A DNA stretch of 52,897 bases from an uncultured Clostridia bacterium (GTDB lineage: Bacteria; Bacillota; Clostridia; TANB77; CAG-508): NCBI GenBank assembly GCA_947631225.1, contig CANRKM010000001.1, positions 1 to 52,897 of the forward strand. Reading direction: 5' to 3'. Both the position numbers and the translations under genes were made by a program. The notes under the pieces were generated by a model. The model had not been told where the DNA came from. It did no database searches and was given only the letters and a program-made list of their open reading frames with translations. Shown in pieces: positions 1-10,016 of the stretch; position 1 is the stretch's first letter, and the number at the start of each line of letters is the position of its first letter.

Positions 1-173
1 TTTATTTCAATTTTGAGTGTTAAGATAGTATAATTTTATATCTTAATGTTGTAGATAAAAAATTTCCATAAAAAAATAACACTAGATTTTTTTATAAATC
101 TAATGTTATTTTTAAATTTTCTGATATACTTTCTTGTATCCTTAAAGTATACAAGAAAAGTATACAAGAAATT

Positions 174-1566
174 TTATTTTATAATCCATATACCTTTTTT
201 TGTTGCACCTTCTCTTATTAAAATTCCCTTATTTTTTAGAATTTGAACATTTTTTCTAATAGTTGGCAAAGCCATACCTATTATTTCAGACATTTCCTTT
301 TGGGTAATACTAGGATTATCTCTTATTAAATTAATTATTTGTGTTTGTGTATTATTTAACTTTGTAATTTTTTCATTATCCTTTTTAGATAAATCATAGG
401 TTCCATAATTATTGTCATAATATGATGCTCTTAAAAAACTCACTTCAAAGAACTCATCATATTGAAATTCAGGCTCTTTTAATCCTGCATCTTCCATTAG
501 TTCTCTCATTCTTCCTATACCTGTACCAGCTTTTTCTATATAATGTGCTCTTCTTAATAAATCTGCTATTATAGGATTTCGTGCAATACTTCTTTTTCCA
601 AAGTTTTCTTTTGTAATTCCTTTTGGAACTCCACCAGGACTAACTATCGAAACTCTATCATCGTAAATTTCTACCATTACTCTTGCACCTTCTTCAAAAT
701 ACTGACGATGACATATACCGATTTATAATAGCTTCTTTCAATACATCTTCTGGAATTTCTAATACTTCTTTTCTTGTAGCATTTCCTTGTTCTCTCATAA
801 CCTCTGCATTTATTAAGTATGTTAAATTTATATGTTTTTTAGCAAATGCTAATGCATCTTCAATATTAGTTATAATGTCTTTATTACAATCTAATGTATC
901 TAAAATATAAACTCTATTTGTACCTTTAAAAGCAATACAAGTTATATAATTTTGAATTAAAAATTTTGTAGGATTTTTTGTAAAGAAAATAACCCCTGCA
1001 TTTGTAAACATATATTTATTATTTACTTTTTCCAAACAATTCAAATTTATCAATAATTCTTCTCTTTCTATTGTTTCGCTTGTATTAGATAATTTTAGAA
1101 AATTTTTATATGCATTTTCATTAAAGTCTTCTGGATATTTTGCTTTTTTATTTATCATTCGATCAAATTGTATTTTTCCACCATCTTCTAAATATTCTCT
1201 GATTTCATTTCTATTCATCTTTTGACACATAGCACCAGCTCTTAAATAATACCCATCACTTGAAGAATAAGGTTTATCATTTCCCTCTGGTACATTTACA
1301 ACAATAACATTATCTACCACTTCAATTTTTACATTTATTCTTGGCTCTATTTGACTTATTTGATTTTGTATATTTGCTCTTTGATTATTAGAGGTATCTG
1401 TTCCAATGATATTTCCATCATCATCTACACCTATCAATATTTTTCCACCCATACTATTAGCAAATGCAACTACTTCAACTGCGAACTTTTTACCTAAACT
1501 CTCTTTAAATTCTAATGTATAACCTTCGCCTTGTTTTACCAATATTTCTAGTTCTTCCGTTGTCAT
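174..1566 (-). CDS. Putative regulator with an AlbA_2 (Schlafen-like) DNA-binding domain, an ATPase-like domain and a C-terminal winged HTH; needs a +1 shift at in-frame CGG 720..718
   Basis: Joins ORF-track pieces 694..1659 and 174..677. The N-terminal EGYTLEFKES...AFANSMGGKILIGVDDDG matches the AlbA_2 signature. Reading C|GGT at 720 gives EAIINGICHRQYFEEGARVMVEIYDDRVSIVSPGG...IEKAGTGIGRM and a terminal HTH (ITQKEMSEIIGMALPTIRKNVQILKNKGIL). Start placed at ATG 1566, behind GGAAAGGTGG. Confidence 0.7.
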
Positions 1567-1674
1567 TTTTACCACCTTTCCTATTATGTAGTTATCAACT
1601 GCACAATTAATTTTGCTTTCATTGATTGATATTATAACATTTATTTCCAAATTTTTCATTAGTTTTAAAAAATT

Positions 1675-2067
1675 TCATACATATATTAATTCATTTAATA
1701 TGATTTCATCTGCTTGTTGCTTAATTGCATTCATAGTCCCAACCCAATAGAGCATATCAGTATTTTTCATATCTTCGGTTAAATTGCTTTTAGATTTCAA
1801 ATCTTCAATAATTTGATTAACTCTTTTAGTTGCTGTTTCCTGTATTTCTTCTAAATGGTCTATCAGTATATTTTCCATAAACATTATTGTGTATTCTGCT
1901 TTCTTATGTTCTTTCAAATAGTTTAATCTCATTCTTCCATATTTATTCAAATGAATTTTCTTTTGTTTTGGTAATACTAAATTTGGAATATAATAATCTC
2001 CCTGTCTTATATATTCCATTCCCGTTTTTTCATCAATAAATCTTTCTTTTAATTCTTTGTTTTCCAT
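1675..2067 (-). CDS. TnpV-like transposon-associated protein
   Basis: ORF 1675..2088. YIRQGDYYIPNL...KYGRMRLNYLKEHKK...WVGTMNAIKQQADEIILNELIY resembles the small TnpV proteins of clostridial mobile elements. Start moved to ATG 2067, behind GAGAGGAG. Confidence 0.5.
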   Translation of the reverse strand: MENKELKERFIDEKTGMEYIRQGDYYIPNLVLPKQKKIHLNKYGRMRLNYLKEHKKAEYTIMFMENILIDHLEEIQETATKRVNQIIEDLKSKSNLTEDMKNTDMLYWVGTMNAIKQQADEIILNELIYV

Positions 2068-2187
2068 AATTTTTAAATCTCCTCTCAATTTTAAAATTTT
2101 AATTTTTATTATAAAATCAAAAAAAGATGAAGTTGTTATTATTTTTTACAATTCATCTTCTAAATATTTGAAAATTTATGATTTTTA

Positions 2188-2310
2188 CTAAATTGTTACT
2201 AGGAGGAAACCATTGTTATTACTATATTTTAATTTTTCGTCATAAGAGAATATGGTTGTTACTACGAGTGCTATTAAGGTTATACCTCTATCTCCTTTTT
2301 TTATTTTCAT
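2188..2310 (-). pseudogene. Truncated 40-aa ORF with a pilin-like N-terminus (MKIKKGDRGITLIALVVT...)
   Basis: Hand translation of the minus strand. Good RBS (GGAAGGAGAG). A basic leader plus G-ITLIALVV resembles a prepilin-type N-terminal helix, but the ORF stops after 40 codons. Confidence 0.25.
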
Positions 2311-2573
2311 CGATTTTCTCTCCTTCCTTCTTTTTCATAAATAATTTTAGTTAAAAAAACTAATTTTTAATTCATATAAAATTATAATTATTCTTACTTT
2401 AAACATCACAAATAGACGGACTTAACTTGTATCAAACATTTTCCTTTTTATAATACAAGTTCTTCCGCCTATTTTTTATATTCGATTTATTTAATTTTCT
2501 ATTTATTTGGTAGACATAAAGTGTTTGTGTCAGATTACCCATCAAAGCTATACTTTTCTTTACTAAAGTATAA

Positions 2574-2597
2574 CTCTCTCTCTCTCTCTCTCTCTCT
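2574..2597. repeat. (CT)12 dinucleotide microsatellite
   Basis: Twelve uninterrupted CT units in an intergenic, pyrimidine-rich stretch downstream of ymdB. Confidence 0.95.
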
Positions 2598-2774
2598 TAC
2601 AGCCATCTGAGTTTCGTGTCTCATGTTCTTTTTCTCCCTTCTCTTTTGCTTTCTTGTTCTTTATTATATACTACCTTCCCTCTCTTTTCAACTCTTTTTA
2701 TGAAAATTTTATTAATTTCGAGCATGCAAACTGTGAACTGTAACTTAAATCTTCTTAAGATCCTTACTCTATTA

Positions 2775-3545
2775 TCAATTTATCCTTGTTATACTTTCCA
2801 CCTTGTTTGTGTCATTATTTACTTTAAACATTACACTATTATACATTGCTTCTTTTCCTTCCGCTATTTTATATTTTTCAGGAAGAGCTGTTATAAATCT
2901 TTTTAATGCTACATTTTTATCCATGCCTATTACTGAATTTCTTGGTCCTGTCATTCCAATGTCTGTAATATATGCTGTTCCCTTTTCTAAAATTTGTTCA
3001 TCTGCTGTTTGAATATGAGTATGTGTTCCAAATAATATTGTAATTTCGCCATCTAAATAAAACCCCATAGCCTTTTTTTCAGCTGTTGCTTCTGCATGAA
3101 AATCTACAACAATTATATCTACACTTTTTTTTATTTTATCTATTATATTTTTTCCAATTTCAAATGGATTGTCTATCATAATATTCATTTCAGCTCTACC
3201 AAGTAGGTTTATTACAGCAATTTTTTTATTGTTTACTGTATAAATATTGTAACCTTTTCCGCAGACTCCTTTTGGATAATTTGCAGGTCTTATTAATTGG
3301 GGAGCATTAATGAATTTAAAAATTTCTTTTTTCCCCCAGGTATGATTTCCCATTGTAACACAGTCTGCTCCACTTAATAAAATATCTTTAAAATTACTTT
3401 CTGTAATTCCTATTCCTTCTGCGGCATTTTCTCCATTTACAATAACAAAATCAATATTATTTTGTTCCCTTACTTTTGGCAGTCTTTCTTTTAATTCTTT
3501 TATTCCTATTAATCCTACTATATCTCCTACTGCTAAAATGTTCAT
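2775..3545 (-). CDS. ymdB: YmdB-family metallophosphoesterase (2',3'-cyclic-nucleotide 2'-phosphodiesterase)
   Basis: MNILAVGDIVG...VIVNGENAAEG.GIT...GNHTW...VVDFHAEATAEK...GTHTH.QTADE matches the YmdB metallophosphoesterase motifs. Confidence 0.85.
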   Translation of the reverse strand: MNILAVGDIVGLIGIKELKERLPKVREQNNIDFVIVNGENAAEGIGITESNFKDILLSGADCVTMGNHTWGKKEIFKFINAPQLIRPANYPKGVCGKGYNIYTVNNKKIAVINLLGRAEMNIMIDNPFEIGKNIIDKIKKSVDIIVVDFHAEATAEKKAMGFYLDGEITILFGTHTHIQTADEQILEKGTAYITDIGMTGPRNSVIGMDKNVALKRFITALPEKYKIAEGKEAMYNSVMFKVNNDTNKVESITRIN

Positions 3546-3735
3546 TTTTAATCACATTCCTTGAATATATTTAGGTTTTAAAAAGGTAACCCATAAACCT
3601 TTATTAATATTTAATTATATTTTTTTCCCATTTATTTTACTACATAATAGCTTAAAAATCAACTAAAAGATTAACTAATATAAAAAACTTCAATAATTGA
3701 TAATATTATTTCAATTACTGAAGTTTCTTTAAAAT

Positions 3736-3810
3736 TTAATCTTTTATTCCAAACAAAAACTTAACAATTCCCCTAAATGCCTTTGGAACTTTTTTCACTA
3801 CTATTGTCAT
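3736..3810 (-). CDS. spoVM: Stage V sporulation protein M-like 24-aa peptide
   Basis: Not in the ORF track (too short). Hand translation gives MTIVVKKVPKAFRGIVKFLFGIKD, behind AAAAGGAGG. Its length and amphipathic K/F/G pattern match SpoVM (B. subtilis MKFYTIKLPKFLGGIVRAMLGSFRKD). Confidence 0.6.
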   Translation of the reverse strand: MTIVVKKVPKAFRGIVKFLFGIKD

Positions 3811-3826
3811 TGTATGTACCTCCTTT

Positions 3827-3976
3827 TCAACATGCTAGCCATATGAAGCCTATTGCAATTACTGCTAACCCTATTAAAATTAACCATCCTGTTATTGGAA
3901 GTAATAATACCATTAATATTCCAAGACCTAATCCAATTAAACATACACCTAATGTTTTTTTTAAAAATCCTTTCAT
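3827..3976 (-). CDS. Small hydrophobic membrane protein (49 aa)
   Basis: Hand translation gives MKGFLKKTLGVCLIGLGLGILMVLLLPITGWLILIGLAVIAIGFIWLAC. An RBS-like GAAAGGAAGGG lies upstream, and spoVM lies immediately downstream on the same strand. Confidence 0.45.
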   Translation of the reverse strand: MKGFLKKTLGVCLIGLGLGILMVLLLPITGWLILIGLAVIAIGFIWLAC

Positions 3977-4153
3977 TGTTTTATACCCTTCCTTTCTATT
4001 GTAATTATTTTTTTACCTCCAATACTTTTCTATTATTATATGTATAATGTAGATTATTGTTACTTTTTGACAAATTTCGATTATGTATATATAATATATA
4101 TAACTATTTTATGCCTATTACATTATATAAATATTATTTGAAAGGTAAAAAAG

Positions 4154-4781
4154 ATGATTAAAAGTAAAATAAATGAATTAATAGAAATTTTAAGAAAAAC
4201 ATATCCTGATGCAAAATGTAGTTTAGATTTTACTACTCCTTTTGAACTTGTTGTTGCAGTTTGCCTTTCTGCACAATGTACAGATGAAAGAGTAAACTTA
4301 ATAACTCCACAATTATTTAAAAGGTGCAAAACTATTCAAGATTATGCAAATATAGACATAGCCGAACTTGAAAATATAATTCATCCTTGTGGCTTTTATA
4401 AAAATAAAGCTAAAAATATTAAAAAATGTGCTACACAAATTTTAGAAGATTTTAATGGTAAAGTTCCTCAAGATATGGGTAGCTTAATGCAACTTGCAGG
4501 TGTTGGTAGAAAAAGTGCAAATGTTATTATGCTTGAAGTTTTTGGTGTAGCCAATCGGAATTGCAGTTGATACACATTGTAAAAGAATTAGCAATAGAAT
4601 TGGGCTATCTAAAGAAAAAGAACCAAGCAAAATTGAACAAGATCTTTTACAGCAAATTAATCCTAAAGATTATAAAGATGTTAATCACTTGTTTATTTGG
4701 CATGGTAGATATACTTGCAAAGCAAGGAATCCTTTGTGTAATAACTGCACTATATGCAAATTTTGCAACTCATATAAATAA
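4154..4781 (+). CDS. nth: Endonuclease III (Nth); needs a +1 shift at in-frame CGG 4556..4558
   Basis: The N-terminal piece 4154..4570 carries the HhH-GPD motifs (LSAQCTDERVN, LMQLAGVGRKSANVIM). Reading C|GGA gives GIAVDTHCKRISNRIGL and the C-terminal 4Fe-4S cluster CKARNPLCNNCTICKFC, ending at TAA 4779..4781. ORF-track entry 4561..4806 is in the wrong frame. Confidence 0.85.
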
Positions 4782-4851
4782 ATGTATATTTTGTTCTATT
4801 TTGTAGATAATAGTTATAAATATGTATTTTTAATGGAGGTTTTTGATTAGA

Positions 4852-4971
4852 ATGATAGTTTGCTTAGAAAATTGTAAATATCAAAAAAATGGTGAATGTA
4901 CTTATGAAGAAGTTAATTCTTCAAAAAATATTTCTACTTCTTCTAATTGTGCATATTTTGAAAAAAAATAA
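4852..4971 (+). CDS. Small Cys-rich protein (39 aa)
   Basis: Hand translation gives MIVCLENCKYQKNGECTYEEVNSSKNISTSSNCAYFEKK. GGAGG lies about 12 nt upstream, and a long hairpin follows. Confidence 0.3.
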   Translation: MIVCLENCKYQKNGECTYEEVNSSKNISTSSNCAYFEKK

Positions 4972-4978
4972 TTTTAAA

Positions 4979-5050
4979 GTGAACATTACTTGTTATAAAT
5001 TCTCTATGTTTTGTTTAACATCTGCAATCCATAACATAAGTAATGTTCAC
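4979..5050. terminator. Long imperfect hairpin, likely a bidirectional terminator
   Basis: GTGAACATTACTTGTTAT (4979..4996) pairs with ATAACATAAGTAATGTTCAC (5031..5050), followed by a T-run. It lies between convergent genes. Confidence 0.5.
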
Positions 5051-5080
5051 TTTATTTTCTTTTTTTATTTAAATTACATC

Positions 5081-5693
5081 TTATTGTTCATTATCATCAA
5101 TTTCATTTAATTCATCTAGTTCATCAATTTCGTCTATATCTTCAACTTTTATGTTATTTGTATTATTTGATTTTTCATTGCTTTCTTCTTTGCAATCTTT
5201 AGTTTTTTCTTCTTCACAATTTTTTTGCTCATTACATTTATTCTTCATGGTATTTATTATTTTGTCACCTAAATCTTTCTTGTTTTGTATGCATTTATTC
5301 ATCATACAATTTACTTTTTCTATTAAGTCAGGTACATAGTCTAAAATTTTATCTAATGTGTTTTCATGATCAACTGGTAATAGTTTTACTATATTTGATT
5401 GAACTATTAAAAATGCTGTTGGATTTATAGAAACTCCGTGCACCTGCACCTCCTCCAAATGGTAGTCTATATTGTATTTGTTCATCTTTGTCCTTTCTAT
5501 TATATTCGTCTATTGTTTCTCCTTTAAATTCACTTCCACCTGCTGCAAAACCAAAAGATACCTTAGAAATTGGAATAATTACTGTGTTGTTTGAAGCTTG
5601 TATTGGCTCTCCTATTATTGTGTTTACATCTACCATATCCTTTATATTATTCATGGCTGTATGCATAAGCCCTTCTATTGGATGTTCTGTCAT
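5081..5693 (-). CDS. ytfJ: Sporulation protein YtfJ/GerW family with an acidic C-terminal tail; needs a +1 shift at in-frame CGG 5438..5436
   Basis: Joins pieces 5370..5693 and 5081..5485. Reading C|GGA gives ...LPFGGGAGAGVSINPTAFLIVQSNIVKLLPV, the conserved YtfJ core. Confidence 0.75.
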
Positions 5694-6265
5694 TTTTATC
5701 TCCTTTCTTTTTTATATTAATTATTGTATAAATAATATGTATCAATTTAGTTTTTAATATACAATTTAATTTTATATTAAAAAAATTCTTGTTTTGATAT
5801 AAAGGTTTTACTTCCCAATTAATTTTGCTTCCGTCTTTCTATAAATTTTTTTAAAATTATTGGGATTACACTATATATAATTCCAACAAAAATTGCATTT
5901 TGAGCTGCATCTTCTAAGCTTAATTCAATTTGTATATCTAAATTTATTATTTTTAATTTTACATTTTTTAAAATATTTAGTATTTTTACATCAATTTTCT
6001 TTTTTGAATTTATCATTTTTTGTTCTAACTTGTTTAATAATTTTTCCTTTTTTAACTTTTCGGGGGTTATTTTTATATTAACTAATTCTATTTTTTCAAA
6101 AAGATATAATTTTATTATCATTTCATAGTTTTTATTAATATTTTCTTTTTTATCTCCTAAATAATTTAAGTTTTTAATCTCAATTTCTATTGATGTAAAA
6201 AATGTTAAAATAATTGATAAAACAACGATTGCTAAAATAAAATATAAAAAAAACAATATTATCAC
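5647..6265 (-). CDS. ytfI: YtfI-like (DUF2953) sporulation membrane protein; C-terminal 61 codons reached by a +1 shift at in-frame CGG 5833..5831
   Basis: ORF 5819..6265 ends ...FIERRKQN*, four codons after CGG. The +1 frame continues open as GSKINWEVKPLYQNKNFFNIKLNCILKTKLIHIIYTIINIKKKG... to TAA 5649..5647. That gives about 205 aa, close to the ~226 aa I recall for B. subtilis YtfI. The gene sits upstream of ytfJ as in Bacillus. Confidence 0.5.
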
Positions 6266-6363
6266 CTCTTTTAAGGTTATTTATAATATTGTTTCCATTT
6301 TATATAATTTAATACCTAATTTACAAATTATTTTTTATTTAACTAAAATAAAGTAAATTATAA

Positions 6364-6709
6364 GGTAAACCTGTAAGCCGGGTTCTGTCTTTTAAATTAG
6401 TCATTTATCTAGGCTATATATCACTATATAGCTCAAGCCACGCAAGTTTGGACCACCGAGCAGGTGTTTAATTATCCATTTTAGGTGTTGCTCCAGATGG
6501 GGTTTACATTGTCGCCACATGTCACCATATGGCCGGTGAGCTCTTGCCTCGCCTTTTCATCCTTACCATTAATTAAATGGCGGTTATTTTCTGTTGCACT
6601 TTCCTTAAGGTTTCCCTCACTAGACGTTATCTAGCATCATTGCTCTATGGAGCCCGGACTTTCCTCTCGCAAATTCTTTCGAATTTTGCCAGCGACTAAT
6701 CAGTTTACC
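6364..6709 (-). ncRNA. rnpB: RNase P RNA (bacterial type B)
   Basis: The minus strand contains GAGGAAAGUCCGGGCUCC near the 5' end and ACAGAACCCGGCUUACAGGUUUACC at the 3' end. P1 pairs GGUAAAC with GUUUACC. This is a GC-rich island in AT-rich surroundings. Confidence 0.9.
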
Positions 6710-6961
6710 TAAAAAATAAACATTTAAAAATTTTCTTTTTTATTATTATATTTTCTATTATATCATACATTTTGTTATATTTCTAGACTTTTTTAGTTAT
6801 TTTTTATTTTTCGAAATAACTTTTTCATAAAGCTTTTTAACTTTGATTATTTTTTTATTTACATTTTTATCCATCGACATTTTGTGCATATTTTTTTTGT
6901 TTTTTACAATACTATTTATAAAATAAAACTTTTTATTTATTAAAATTTTAGGAGGCTTAAA

Positions 6962-7243
6962 GTGCTTGCAAGTGTTAGATTACAAAGTAAACAAAGTGGT
7001 GAAATAAATAAATTTTTAAGTGCATTTTACAATACTGATTTAGAAATTGGTAATAAATTAAAATGGGAGAAAAAATATGCAAATCCAATAGAAATAGCAG
7101 AAATAATAGGTGTTTTTGCTGATAATTCAGAAAAATTTAATATAAAAATGTGGATTAATTTGGATAAAGATATTTATATAAAAATATCAGCAAATAATGC
7201 TAATTATATAATAAAATATCTTTATGAACGCTATCCATATTAA
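6962..7243 (+). CDS. Hypothetical protein (93 aa, GTG start)
   Basis: ORF behind TAGGAGG. No recognisable motif. Confidence 0.45.
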   Translation: MLASVRLQSKQSGEINKFLSAFYNTDLEIGNKLKWEKKYANPIEIAEIIGVFADNSEKFNIKMWINLDKDIYIKISANNANYIIKYLYERYPY

Positions 7244-7264
7244 TCCACACTTATATATTATATA

Positions 7265-7807
7265 CTATTGTTTATTTTCTTCCTTTGTATCATTTACATT
7301 GTCATCTTTGTCACACTCTTTTTCTCCCTTTTTGCAATCTTCTTTTTTATCTTCACACTCTTTGTTTTCGTCTTCACATTTTTCATCTTTACAATTTTTT
7401 TCTTCTTTTTGTTCAATTACTTCTACTTCTTTTGCTTCTTCTTTTGGTTGCTCTGCTCCGCATTTTGGACAGAATTTTGCTTGTTTTTCCATATGTTCAC
7501 CACATTTAATACATATTTTCATATCTGATAAATCTAATATTTCTTTATGATATTCTTCTATTTCTGCTACATATGCATCTATTTTTGAACATTCTTCTTC
7601 TAAATCTTTTTTTATATTTAAATTTTCATTAGCAGTATGTTTTTGGTAAACTTTTTTACCTATTTCTTGATATAAAACATTTATTTTAGATTTATTATCA
7701 TTTATTTTCATTTTTAATTTTGCTTCTTTTGCAATTTTTCCTGTTTTTTCAGCAGCCCCTTTATATGTTTCACTTGCTTTTTTAGTCAATTTATCAAAAA
7801 ATTCCAT
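7265..7807 (-). CDS. Zinc-ribbon domain protein with an acidic Cys-periodic tail
   Basis: CIKCGEHMEKQAKFCPKCG is a CxxC...CxxC zinc ribbon. The N-terminal part is coiled-coil-like. The C-terminal tail is NCKDEKCEDENKECEDKKEDCKKGEKEC. Confidence 0.6.
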   Translation of the reverse strand: MEFFDKLTKKASETYKGAAEKTGKIAKEAKLKMKINDNKSKINVLYQEIGKKVYQKHTANENLNIKKDLEEECSKIDAYVAEIEEYHKEILDLSDMKICIKCGEHMEKQAKFCPKCGAEQPKEEAKEVEVIEQKEEKNCKDEKCEDENKECEDKKEDCKKGEKECDKDDNVNDTKEENKQ

Positions 7808-7983
7808 AATTTTCTTTGTATGATTATTTAATTACATATAAATTAATTTATTGCATATAATATCTATATCATTAATTAAATACCATACTCTCCTTTCTTT
7901 TTTTTTTATTAATTTTACTTATAAAATTCATATATCTCTATTTTAATATTATGTGTAAATAATTATAATTTATACCTTTTAAA

Positions 7984-8989
7984 TTAATCTTCTTCCTTTT
8001 TTTGCCTTGTCATAAGAATTTTAAAGGCATCTTTTGGATTTAAGTTATTGTATAAAATATCATATGCAGTATTTATAATCGGTAGTTCTATATTTAATTT
8101 ATCTCCTAATTTTTTTGCAACTTCAATATTGTCTATTGATTCTATCGTCATTCCAACTTCTTTTCTCGTCTCTTCTATTGTCTTTCCTTGACCAATTAAA
8201 ATTCCTGCTTTTCTATTTCTTGAGTGCTCACTTAAACATGTTACAATTAAGTCTCCCAGTCCACTTAAACCATAAAATGTTTCTTTTTCTCCTCCAAGTC
8301 GCACACCTAGTTTTCTTATTTCTACTAAACCTCTTGTAATTAAAGCTGCAAATGTGTTGTCTTTTCCACCAACACCTGCTACAACTCCACTACAAAAAGC
8401 AATTATATTTTTTAATGCTCCTCCAAGCTCTACACCTTTTACATCATTTGACGTATATATTCTTAAATATTCATTCATAAATGTATCTTGAACAATTTGT
8501 TTTACTTCTTCATCTTTAGATGCTATTACTAAAACTGTTGGAACTGCAATGGAAACTTCTTCTGCATGACTAGGTCCGAGATAGTGCTCCAATTCTGGCA
8601 TTTGGAATTTCTTCCAAAATAATTTCATCTAACGTAAGAGCCGTATCTTTTTCAATTCCCTTAGAACATACTATTATAGGTTGTTTTTTTACATCTACAT
8701 ATTTTTTATATTCTCTTACTATATTTCTTGTAAATTTTGAGGGCGTAACTTGCAATATTAAATCTGTATTTTTTATTACTTCTTCATAATCATTTTTACA
8801 TTCTATATTTTCTGGAATAACAACATTGGGTAAAAATTTGCATCTTTTTTCATTGTTTATTAAGTCTGCTTCTTGCTTATCATATGACCAAATTTTAATC
8901 TTATTTCCCATTTTTGCTAAGTGAATTGCTAAGGCTACTCCCCAACTTCCACTTCCTATTATTGCAATATTTTTCATTTTAAAATTCAT
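7984..8989 (-). CDS. gpsA: NAD(P)H-dependent glycerol-3-phosphate dehydrogenase; needs a +1 shift at in-frame CGG 8578..8576
   Basis: Joins pieces 8570..8989 (IAIIGSGSWGVALA Rossmann fold) and 7984..8628. Reading C|GGA gives ...RIGALSGPSHAEEV..., the conserved GpsA motif, and a 334-aa product. Confidence 0.9.
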
Positions 8990-9046
8990 TCCTTTCTCGC
9001 TCTACTCGAAAAGCACATTGGGGTATGTAATCTTTGAATTTTATTT

Positions 9047-9691
9047 TCAATTTAACCCACTTTCTTTAAAACTTAATTTGTTTTCTGTACCACTTACAAT
9101 TCTTTTGATATTTTCTCTATGATTGAATATAACAATAAATGCTAATATTAAACTATATACTAAGTACTTAATTCCACTTGCTTCTACTATAAAATTAGTA
9201 CTTATAAATAGACTTAATACTGGGCATAATATTGCAGATGAAATAGAACCTAAAGATACCATTCTAGTAATTGCAATTACAACTAATCCAAATACTAAAC
9301 AGATCAAACCTATTTTCCAGTTTGTCATAATTAATACTCCAATAGATGTTGCAACACCTTTTCCTCCCTTAAATCCAAAAAAAATTGGATATGTATGACC
9401 TATAACTACAAAGATACCTGCAATTTGTATTAAAAATGCTCTATCTACATTTTTTATAATTAACCCTACAACTAGAGCAAATAAAATTGAAACTACTCCT
9501 TTTAAAATATCACATACAAGTGTAATTAATGCTGCTTTTTTTCCTACGACTCTAAGTATATTAGTTGTTCCTGCATTTCCACTTCCTTTTTCTCTAACAT
9601 CAAATCCTGCTAGTTTTTTACTAATTATTATAGAAAAATTTATGCTTCCAATTAAATATGCTATAACTGCTACTATTATATATGTTGCCAT
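9047..9691 (-). CDS. plsY: Glycerol-3-phosphate acyltransferase PlsY
   Basis: GSINFSIIISK...REKGSGNAGTTN..R..GKK...DILKG in a multi-pass membrane protein. It is adjacent to gpsA. Confidence 0.9.
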   Translation of the reverse strand: MATYIIVAVIAYLIGSINFSIIISKKLAGFDVREKGSGNAGTTNILRVVGKKAALITLVCDILKGVVSILFALVVGLIIKNVDRAFLIQIAGIFVVIGHTYPIFFGFKGGKGVATSIGVLIMTNWKIGLICLVFGLVVIAITRMVSLGSISSAILCPVLSLFISTNFIVEASGIKYLVYSLILAFIVIFNHRENIKRIVSGTENKLSFKESGLN

Positions 9692-9837
9692 ATCAATTCC
9701 TCCTTGTATTTTTTATATAAGACATTATATTATATATTTTTTTAAATATCAATACAAAATTGTAAAACTTTTATTATTAATTAACATTTAAGACAAGTAT
9801 ATTGTAATTTTACATTGTAAAAAATTCGTGATTTCGA

Positions 9838-9866
9838 TTGACTTTATTTAACTTTTGAGGTATTAT
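9838..9866 (+). promoter_or_regulatory. Candidate sigma-A promoter upstream of the clpE-like gene
   Basis: TTGACT (9838..9843), a 17-nt spacer, then TATTAT (9861..9866). Confidence 0.3.
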
Positions 9867-10016
9867 ATAATTTATGAGATTATATAAATTATTAATTATA
9901 TTTGTTTATGTGCAAATAATATTAATAACTATAAATTGCAAAAATTATTAATCATATGTAGATTAATAATTTTGAATGCAAATAAAATAATAAAGAAATG
10001 AGGAAATATATAAGTT

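Noticed and set aside
4561-4806. Track ORF (81 aa) taken as the C-terminal part of nth.
   Set aside because: It is in the wrong frame. The Nth C-terminus (IAVDTH..., the 4Fe-4S Cys cluster) is in the frame entered at 4557 and ends at 4781.
9700-10016. CtsR operator (tandem GGTCAAA heptads) upstream of the clpE-like gene.
   Set aside because: Only a weak resemblance (TTGACTTTATTTAACTTTT) overlapping the putative -35 element. There is no convincing direct repeat of the consensus.
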